A stretch of 51,275 bases of DNA, taken from positions 64,001 to 115,275 of IMG/VR virus record IMGVR_UViG_3300035670_000056, one strand, 5' to 3'. The translations under genes and the position numbers were made by a program. The stretch is from a virus (Duplodnaviria > Heunggongvirae > Uroviricota > Caudoviricetes). Of this stretch, positions 43,962 to 51,275 are shown piece after piece. Position 1 is the first letter of the stretch. The number at the start of each line of letters is the position of its first letter. The notes under the pieces were generated by a model. It made no database searches and was not told where the DNA came from. It worked only from the letters and a program-made list of their open reading frames with translations.

Positions 43962-44160
43962 TTTTCATTCCTTGTTGAAACTTTTGAAAACTTTTACCAC
44001 TTCCAGCACCTGGATCTATCATCCATCTGCGACCTCTCATTACATCACTTCCCAAACTTGGATCGTGGAATTTACCATCGCCAATATAATGCCATCCTTT
44101 ATGCAAAGGTTCAGGCTTACGATACAGTGGTTTATCTTTAGCAAAATTAGCCATAATCAA
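43954..44160 (-). CDS. Small hypothetical protein
   Basis: Overlaps both neighbours in a packed run. Confidence 0.5.
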   Translation of the reverse strand: MIMANFAKDKPLYRKPEPLHKGWHYIGDGKFHDPSLGSDVMRGRRWMIDPGAGSGKSFQKFQQGMKND

Positions 44161-44681
44161 CTCCAGTTCCTACGTTGTTTTTTCTTTTCGTGTAAATCCT
44201 TCATTATTTCAGATATAGCTTTTTCTTGTGGAGTACGATAATCTGGTTGTTCAGGTTCATCGGTTATATCCAACATATGCAATTTACTGTAATACTTTGG
44301 GTCTTTTTTAAGGTTTGCAACAACATTTTGTTTAGCTACCTGTTTATCTTTTAACACCAGTTTTTTCATTTCATAATCAATACCAGTGATAATTTCATCT
44401 GGGGTGACTTTGTATTTGATTTGACTGACATCTTTAACAAAATCTTCTGGTGGTTGACCAGTATAAGGTCCAAATGGAGCTATTTTTTCCATTGAATCTT
44501 TTGATCCAGCTGTAATTTTGCTTTTGTCTATTAAAGTGCCAAAGTGGTTGGGATCTTGAGATACATCAGGACTTGTAAAAGCGGATAAATCAGAAGCACC
44601 TGATACTGATCCTCCTTGGTTATATGGAAGACCTTGCATCATTCTGTCGCCGGTATCTCCTAATTCTCGTAATTTAGACAT
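44157..44681 (-). CDS. Hypothetical protein with a DPKYYSKL module
   Basis: MSKLRE start 5 nt after TATTTATA (44687-44694); motif shared with 42729-43961. Confidence 0.55.
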   Translation of the reverse strand: MSKLRELGDTGDRMMQGLPYNQGGSVSGASDLSAFTSPDVSQDPNHFGTLIDKSKITAGSKDSMEKIAPFGPYTGQPPEDFVKDVSQIKYKVTPDEIITGIDYEMKKLVLKDKQVAKQNVVANLKKDPKYYSKLHMLDITDEPEQPDYRTPQEKAISEIMKDLHEKKKQRRNWS

Positions 44682-44738
44682 ATACTTATAAATATAATCA
44701 ACTAACTTTTATAGTTATAAATTATATATATAAGTGTT

Positions 44739-45347
44739 ATGATCAGAATGGTAAATGAAATATACGTTACAGAATGCATTACGTTTCCTAGATGTGGTCA
44801 CACTTGGTTAAGCCGAATATTAAAGTATTATTTTAAAAAAGATCTCAATTATTGTGAAATGTACAATAACCCCGATTTAATGATCGATGTGAATGAAAAT
44901 ACAAATTTACAAAAAAATCACGATTTTAATTTAAATACGCAAATAAAAGCTGACAGAAAGTATTTGGTACAAATAAGAAATAGAGAAGATTGTTTAAATT
45001 CTTTCTTCAATTTAGAAGTATTGTCTATAGATAAAAACTATACAAATGAAAATAATACAGTCAAATCACCATACAAAAACTTTAGTGATTATGGAAAATA
45101 TATAAATTGGATAGAAGAAAAAAAATATTTTTATAATCATTTTTTAAACAAATGGGTTTTTAATTATATACCAAATTGTAAAATTGTCATATACGAACAT
45201 CTAAAAAATAATACCTATGACGAAGTACATTCTATACTACAACATATGACAGATAAATCGATTAATGAAGAAAATTTAATTGACGCAATTAAATATTCAA
45301 ATATACCTCATAACAAAAACGAACCTTTTAAGGAATCATATATATAA
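44739..45347 (+). CDS. Sulfotransferase-like protein
   Basis: TFPRCGHTW (5'-PSB-like), IRNREDCLNS (3'-PB-like), VIYEHL. Confidence 0.65.
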   Translation: MIRMVNEIYVTECITFPRCGHTWLSRILKYYFKKDLNYCEMYNNPDLMIDVNENTNLQKNHDFNLNTQIKADRKYLVQIRNREDCLNSFFNLEVLSIDKNYTNENNTVKSPYKNFSDYGKYINWIEEKKYFYNHFLNKWVFNYIPNCKIVIYEHLKNNTYDEVHSILQHMTDKSINEENLIDAIKYSNIPHNKNEPFKESYI

Positions 45348-45350
45348 AAA

Positions 45351-48068
45351 TTATACATACTTGTATTGATGCATAATAACTTTTAAGTTGGTTTCTAACA
45401 TATTCAATCTTTGTTTTTCATTATAACAAAAATCTCCACATCCTGAATAAGAAGAAGGCAACCATCCTACTTTTTTAAAAGAGTCATCTTTTAATTTATC
45501 ATATATTCTTATACCAAGACCAAAGTCCCAAGGTCCAACATCATCAACGTGTTCACTTTTATTTAAAATTGTACCATATAATTCTTTATTAAAGAACTCA
45601 CACATTTTTTGAGTATTGTAAAATGTTAAAGCGCCGTTTGTGTAAATGGATATAGGAGCAGCGTGATCAATATTAATTGACACATTACATTCTTTGGAAT
45701 AATTATATATATAATCTTGAGACGATTGAAAAAAGTTTCCAATTGCTAACTTAGGCATTCTAATTGCAGGAGTGCCTGTAATAATTGGCTCGTATGGCCA
45801 CGATAAATGTTCTTGCCACAATGTATCAAACCAATAGTCTTTGGATATCAAACAATCCCATTCGTAACAAAAAAAATAATCCCAATTTTTTTCCTTTGCA
45901 ATCTTTATACCTTCTACAAATGCCCAAAATGCATATTTATCACATTTTCGATACAAACCTGCATGCATTTCTTCCATTTTATTAAATTTAACATAGTTAA
46001 GCCCATTTAACTGTTCATCCGAATACACAACAAATGGTATATCGTGTTTAGATAATTTATAACTATTGATGTTTTCTATACATTTTTTTATACCATCGTT
46101 TATACTGTGTACATAAAAAATAATACCCACTTTTAAATTATTATTTATATGAAGAGTCTTTACCTTATTATACATTTTTAAAAAATCACTGGAATTTTCC
46201 GTAGATTTTCTTCTTGCAATATCAATTTGAGTGGCACTAGTATTATGACTTATGCATTTTACACATTTTTCTTTATAGAATAAAAATAAACCATTGGAAT
46301 TATTTGTAAACGTAGACCAAATATATAAATCGTTACCAACGACGAATGTAGGTCTTTCATAAAACTCTCTGTCATTTCCATGCAAACGTTCCCATTCATT
46401 CAAACACAAAAGCAATTTATCTGTAGGAAATACTCCGTGAATAGGAGAAAGAGAATATCCCTGACGAAGAATAAAATCTTTTATAACGTCTACTTTATAT
46501 AGACCTGTTTTTAACTCCACATCTAATGTAGTTTCTAACTCCACTTTATTTGTAATAAAATTTTCAACTGATCCAGTCCAAACTCCAAAATCACAATTTT
46601 CATTCAACAGATTTACTGCATTTTTTATCTCAGGTAATACTATATCGTCGTCGTGTAAAATAGTAACCCAATTGGTAACAACGTTCTTTAAACCTTCTAT
46701 CCAACACAAATTGTTATTTTTTTCATTTTCAATAACAACAACTTTGTGCTTTTGAGAAAGTTGTTTAGCCCAATTTATATATTCTTTATTGGATCCTGAT
46801 ATAACAATAACAATATTATTTATTCCAGCATCAACAATTGATTGATATGATCTTTTACCAAACAAAAGTCTGTCTCCGTGACACGTTAATAAAACTGTAT
46901 AGTTATCTAAATTAGATGAACTTTTTGTACGGGGAAATGAAAAAAATTTATCTGTATTAGTCTCGACATAACATAATTTTTTATAAGAAAGATCGTCTTT
47001 ATAATAAGCTACATCTGACATTTTAATAAATCTAGGATCATTATTTTTCCACAATGTAAATCCTGTCAATCTAACACCCAATTTTCTATTATCTTCATTT
47101 ATTTGACCAACACTTTTCTTATCTATTTCGCTTGGGATAAAAACAGAAGATTCAAACTTTATTTCAGATACATTATCCAAACTAATTTTAGCAGATAATT
47201 TTGAGTCTTTTTTAGCTGTTAAAGTTGTGTAAAGTTTAAAATCACTATCTTGTTTGTTTTTGATATAACATTTTAATGTAACATCGCATGGCGAATTACA
47301 TGATTCGAATGATAGAAAATTATATTCGGAATTTTTTATTTTTATAAACGATGTATCTGATGACCATCTCCACGCATTATTATCTGCTCCTTCTATATTA
47401 TGCCATCCTCTACCTAAAAGAATATTATCTTCTTCATTTATTTCTACATCATCGTTGATTAATGAAAACAAACAAGAAAAATGTTCATTATCATCACCAA
47501 ATACATCAAAATTTACACCGTCTATTCTTTTATTGTTTAATGGAGTATAACCATTTTTTTGCAAAATTTCCCACGTGTTTTTGTGTATGCCGTTCTCTAC
47601 TTCGTCATTAAATCTGCGACCGGATACGATCAATTTCTCGGTCATACCTTTTATATCTTTAAGATACAATGATAAATCTAATTCGTTGATATGTTGAAAA
47701 ACCAACGTAGCAAATATAAAATCAAATTTTAAACATTTTAATTGATTCCAATCCGAAATCAATTTTAGATTATTGTAGTCTTTTACTTTTTTATTATATC
47801 GCAATACAGAGTATTCTTCTGCACGTGATATCATTGAACTATTATCATAACCAATTATATTGACGTTTGGGTAATTATTAGCAATTGCAAAGATGTTTCT
47901 TCCAATACCACATCCAAAATCTAGTATTAGATGTTGATCATTAGATATATAATTATATATAAACTCATCTGGTGATACATTATTGACTGATTTGTCTGTT
48001 ACAATCAATCCCGCCAATTTATCTAAAGTGACATTATTTAGGTTATCCCAGTTGTTGAAATTAAACAT
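45351..48068 (-). CDS. SAM methyltransferase - GT-A glycosyltransferase multidomain protein
   Basis: LDFGCGIGR (motif I), TILHDDD (DxD-like) and a further C-terminal transferase-like domain. Confidence 0.7.
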   Translation of the reverse strand: MFNFNNWDNLNNVTLDKLAGLIVTDKSVNNVSPDEFIYNYISNDQHLILDFGCGIGRNIFAIANNYPNVNIIGYDNSSMISRAEEYSVLRYNKKVKDYNNLKLISDWNQLKCLKFDFIFATLVFQHINELDLSLYLKDIKGMTEKLIVSGRRFNDEVENGIHKNTWEILQKNGYTPLNNKRIDGVNFDVFGDDNEHFSCLFSLINDDVEINEEDNILLGRGWHNIEGADNNAWRWSSDTSFIKIKNSEYNFLSFESCNSPCDVTLKCYIKNKQDSDFKLYTTLTAKKDSKLSAKISLDNVSEIKFESSVFIPSEIDKKSVGQINEDNRKLGVRLTGFTLWKNNDPRFIKMSDVAYYKDDLSYKKLCYVETNTDKFFSFPRTKSSSNLDNYTVLLTCHGDRLLFGKRSYQSIVDAGINNIVIVISGSNKEYINWAKQLSQKHKVVVIENEKNNNLCWIEGLKNVVTNWVTILHDDDIVLPEIKNAVNLLNENCDFGVWTGSVENFITNKVELETTLDVELKTGLYKVDVIKDFILRQGYSLSPIHGVFPTDKLLLCLNEWERLHGNDREFYERPTFVVGNDLYIWSTFTNNSNGLFLFYKEKCVKCISHNTSATQIDIARRKSTENSSDFLKMYNKVKTLHINNNLKVGIIFYVHSINDGIKKCIENINSYKLSKHDIPFVVYSDEQLNGLNYVKFNKMEEMHAGLYRKCDKYAFWAFVEGIKIAKEKNWDYFFCYEWDCLISKDYWFDTLWQEHLSWPYEPIITGTPAIRMPKLAIGNFFQSSQDYIYNYSKECNVSINIDHAAPISIYTNGALTFYNTQKMCEFFNKELYGTILNKSEHVDDVGPWDFGLGIRIYDKLKDDSFKKVGWLPSSYSGCGDFCYNEKQRLNMLETNLKVIMHQYKYV

Positions 48069-48073
48069 ATTAA

Positions 48074-49030
48074 CTATTTATTTAACGATTTTATAATTTT
48101 AGCAATACAAGCCATAAACGTAATTTCTTTGTCTACAACCATACTACTTTGATATACATATTCTGCGATTTCTATAATAATTAATGTTTCTTTACCAACC
48201 GCATATTCATTGACTTTGGAATATAGTTCTGTGTAAAGTTCATCAAAAGATTTTGTACCAGCATCCGCAATTAACTGTCGGATTTCATTAAAAGACTTAG
48301 TGTTTGTCTTACTATTCTTTAGTAATTCAATTAACTTGGTCTTAAGTTCAAAGTTTGCACTTTGATTTTTGATCAACTTCAAAGTTCCATTTGTAGAACT
48401 CTGTTGAATAAAATTCACAATCTTACGAATGTCCGGATAAAAACTATCAACAGAAGTCTTCAAATCAGCAAGTTCATACTTAATAGATTCTTTATCCAAA
48501 ATGTTCTTAGTATACAAAGCTACATCCTTTTTAGCAGGAGGTTCGATCTGAAACACTTGACAACGGCTAATCAATGGAGAAATAATCTTTTCCACATAAT
48601 TACAAGTTAAAATAAACCGAGTTGTCTTACTATACGTCTCCATCAAATTGCGAAGTGACGCTTGTGAATTGGTAGACATATAATCTGATTCATCCAAAAT
48701 AACAATCTTAAGATCATTAAAACCCATAGCAGATGCAAATGGTCTAATCTTGTCACGAACGAAATCTACACCAGTGTTATCAGATGCATTAACATACATC
48801 ACATCACAAGGAATGTTGTTTGTTAAAATCTTTGCAACCGTAGTCTTGCCAGTACCAGCATTACCATAAAACAACAAATGTGGAATATCTTTTTTGGAAA
48901 TAAAATCTTTAAGAATACTTTTAAGTTGTTCATTGCAAATATAATTGTCTAGTACGTTGGGACGATACTTTTCAGCCCAAAGACTATGTTGTTCTGTATT
49001 AACAGACTTCTCTTCTTCAAAAAAACTCAT
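48074..49030 (-). CDS. Clamp loader AAA+ subunit (RFC small/T4 gp44-like)
   Basis: WAEKYRP, GNAGTGKTT, NASD, ILDESD, ISRC. Confidence 0.93.
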   Translation of the reverse strand: MSFFEEEKSVNTEQHSLWAEKYRPNVLDNYICNEQLKSILKDFISKKDIPHLLFYGNAGTGKTTVAKILTNNIPCDVMYVNASDNTGVDFVRDKIRPFASAMGFNDLKIVILDESDYMSTNSQASLRNLMETYSKTTRFILTCNYVEKIISPLISRCQVFQIEPPAKKDVALYTKNILDKESIKYELADLKTSVDSFYPDIRKIVNFIQQSSTNGTLKLIKNQSANFELKTKLIELLKNSKTNTKSFNEIRQLIADAGTKSFDELYTELYSKVNEYAVGKETLIIIEIAEYVYQSSMVVDKEITFMACIAKIIKSLNK

Positions 49031-49038
49031 AATAGATA

Positions 49039-49776
49039 TTAATCTACGCTCTTGATGTCAATTAGATAATAAGAACTGTTAAACAACTCGTTGTTAAACT
49101 CAACGTGCGCAATACCAGCATCACTGATCTTTAGTACAGCATTTTCACAATCACCGTTACTAGTGAGAATTTCTTTTAGATACTTAGCACTAAAGTGAAT
49201 AGTCTTACCAAGACTATCTTTTCCGTCAACTGGTTTAACATCAATATTAATACGATTACTATTAACACTGCTGTATCCAATAGTTAGCTTGATTTTATCC
49301 TTCTTGTCTTTTGTAAAAGTCATAGTATCAACATCGCTCAAAGCACTCTTTGCTTTTACAAATGTTGTTACAAACTCTTTTGTAAGAGGAATTTCCAAGT
49401 TAAATGGAGGCAACTTCTTAAGATCAGGTACCTTTGGAATAACACTAAGATCCGCAGTAACATACTGTACATCAGTACTTTCACTGTTTAGTGATAGTGA
49501 TACAATCTTTTCATCTCGTTTGTTAAACGTAATGTTTACATCATCTGTAAGTACACCAAGCAACTTCTTGAGTTTTGCAGTATCATTGATACCAATCTCA
49601 GCTTCAGACAAACCAGCGTCGTCTTTGATAGACACATAACTTACCACGTTTTTGTCATCACTGATAGATGATGTTTTGATCTGCTTGTTTTTGTTGTCAA
49701 CGACCCACTTTACACTTTCAATGGTACCGTTGAGTGAATATTTGTCAATAAATGTATTTAATACTTGTTTCTTCAT
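49039..49776 (-). CDS. Sliding clamp (T4 gp45-like)
   Basis: 245 aa, between clamp loader and polymerase; promoter TTGACA-17-TAACAT at 49785-49813. Confidence 0.7.
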   Translation of the reverse strand: MKKQVLNTFIDKYSLNGTIESVKWVVDNKNKQIKTSSISDDKNVVSYVSIKDDAGLSEAEIGINDTAKLKKLLGVLTDDVNITFNKRDEKIVSLSLNSESTDVQYVTADLSVIPKVPDLKKLPPFNLEIPLTKEFVTTFVKAKSALSDVDTMTFTKDKKDKIKLTIGYSSVNSNRINIDVKPVDGKDSLGKTIHFSAKYLKEILTSNGDCENAVLKISDAGIAHVEFNNELFNSSYYLIDIKSVD

Positions 49777-49809
49777 ACGCTATAATGTTAACCGATACCA
49801 GCTTGTTTG

Positions 49810-50217
49810 TCAATTGTTGAATTCGAAAAATAACCCCACGTTTTCATTGGACTGATTTCTTTCAGACAGACATCTTATATTATTTACGAATAATTCAGAT
49901 GGCGAAATATAAAATGATCCTATTTTATAATCTGCATATGCTACTGTACGCATTTGGTAATATACTTTTACGTTACTATCATCGTTTGTTCTAAACTCAA
50001 TATAATATACTTTTGGATCGCTTAATCTATATAATTGATTTTTGGGAATAAACAATTTGTCGCATAGTATTTGATTGGTTGTAAATTCAATATATGGACC
50101 CCGTTGTCCAATAACAACACGTTCGTACTTATTTGCAATTACAGTATTAAGACTTGTTTTAAACTCCAAACTACATCCTTCTTCAGGTATAGTCAATAAC
50201 TCACTATATTTTTTCAT
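49810..50217 (-). CDS. Hypothetical protein in the replisome cluster
   Basis: YERVVIGQRGPYIEF...YADYKIG. Confidence 0.55.
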   Translation of the reverse strand: MKKYSELLTIPEEGCSLEFKTSLNTVIANKYERVVIGQRGPYIEFTTNQILCDKLFIPKNQLYRLSDPKVYYIEFRTNDDSNVKVYYQMRTVAYADYKIGSFYISPSELFVNNIRCLSERNQSNENVGLFFEFNN

Positions 50218-50222
50218 AACTT

Positions 50223-51275
50223 TTAAAAACTAAAGAATTCTCCCAATTTAACATCTGTCTCATTAGGATAATCCCAATTTAACACATTGTAGAAGTCCAA
50301 TAATTTACCTTTGAGTTCTTGTTCATACATAGCATTTCTATCTACATACTGTTCAATAAACTCCATAATACGATCTGGATCAGTACCATCTGCTTTCATA
50401 GCAATACCGTCAATACCATATTGATTTTGTTTTAGATATACCCACTTGATCTTTTGACCGTGGAAGATCTCTGGTACTTCTTTGTCCAACTTCCAAGTCT
50501 TCAACAAATCATTATAAGCCAAAGCAGCCTTAGCTTGTGCTGGAGTGCCATCCATAAACTGAAATGGATGTCTTGTCTTTGGATTGTAATCATTATCGCC
50601 ATTTTGACTCTTAAACTTTACACTGGTATTCTTAGCAATCTCAATAACTGGATAATTCGACATATTATCTTTGAATTCAAGAATACTAGCATCAATCTGT
50701 TCTTTTGGAAGTTTACGCAACATATCATCCAAGAATTTTTGCATAAACTTACGAAAACGAATCGGGAATGAAGTACGAACTACGTCAATACCCTTTACTT
50801 CCATTTCATCACACTCAATACCAGCTTTGTTGATGATAAACTGAGCATATCTCTTCTTAGCCAACCAGAAACTGGTCTTTGCAATAACTTCTTGTTTTGC
50901 ATCAAAACGATGTTTCTCAATATTGAAGTATCGTTTTGCCATTACATCATAGAACTTATTAACAAATGATTGTACATCACCAGTTACTTTTAGAATAGCC
51001 TCAGTCATTGCCTTTTCATCATTTAGATCAATGTCAGGCATATTCTTTTTGATGATAGGTAATGCACTAGCAAAACAACTATCTGTATCTGTATAGATAA
51101 CCCAATCTCCATCTTTCTCATTCAATGAACGTTTGAAACACTCATTGATAGCTTTACCAGTAGATTTGATAATATCTTGACCAGTTATGGTAACAGCACT
51201 CGCGTTATCCTTGTCATAAAATCTAAAGATCGGTAGACCCAATACACCATAGATTGAATTAAGTAATACTTTTTG
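50223..51275 (-). CDS. Family B DNA polymerase (C-terminal part; continues off the right edge)
   Basis: The frame is open to the edge (QKVLLNSIYG motif B); YTDTDS motif C; KKRY; KGIDVVR. Confidence 0.95.
   Translation of the reverse strand, partial: QKVLLNSIYGVLGLPIFRFYDKDNASAVTITGQDIIKSTGKAINECFKRSLNEKDGDWVIYTDTDSCFASALPIIKKNMPDIDLNDEKAMTEAILKVTGDVQSFVNKFYDVMAKRYFNIEKHRFDAKQEVIAKTSFWLAKKRYAQFIINKAGIECDEMEVKGIDVVRTSFPIRFRKFMQKFLDDMLRKLPKEQIDASILEFKDNMSNYPVIEIAKNTSVKFKSQNGDNDYNPKTRHPFQFMDGTPAQAKAALAYNDLLKTWKLDKEVPEIFHGQKIKWVYLKQNQYGIDGIAMKADGTDPDRIMEFIEQYVDRNAMYEQELKGKLLDFYNVLNWDYPNETDVKLGEFFSF

Noticed and set aside
50223-51242. Split or truncated DNA polymerase starting at TTG 51242
   Set aside because: The frame stays open to the window edge through motif B; this is an edge artefact.
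1-51275. Alternative genetic code
   Set aside because: Recognisable enzymes are full length in the standard code.

Overview
AT-rich segment of a large T4-like (jumbo/huge) tailed dsDNA phage read in the standard code. Left to right it holds: (i) tail-fibre/virion genes with Gly-Ser/Thr collagen-like and ~200-aa tandem repeats (the first gene runs off the left edge); (ii) HAD, HNH, GNAT and two 2OG-Fe(II) oxygenase genes; (iii) a ~2.5-kb minus-strand stable-RNA array (15650-18185), flanked by a GIY-YIG endonuclease; (iv) small early genes, including a SPOUT RNA methyltransferase; (v) sugar-nucleotide and glycosyl/sulfo/methyl-transferase genes, thermonuclease, ferritin-like, ClpP, SF2 helicase and IscU; (vi) modular basic proteins, one ending in a lysozyme domain; (vii) clamp loader, sliding clamp and family B DNA polymerase (runs off the right edge). 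The RNA array is the most unusual part. It has its own sigma70-type promoters and rrn-like boxA sites. Alongside ordinary tRNAs it carries a group I intron-split class I tRNA(UAA), two aberrant tRNA-Gly-like genes (one with anticodon ACC), two UAU tRNAs (one with a long variable arm), aberrant CAU tRNAs, a ~300-nt RNA with tmRNA-like topology, a 128-nt tRNA-like switch and several unassigned structured RNAs. A TATTTAT(A/T) motif precedes many likely late genes. All protein-family and RNA-fold calls were made by eye from motifs and base-pairing; no searches or folding programs were run.
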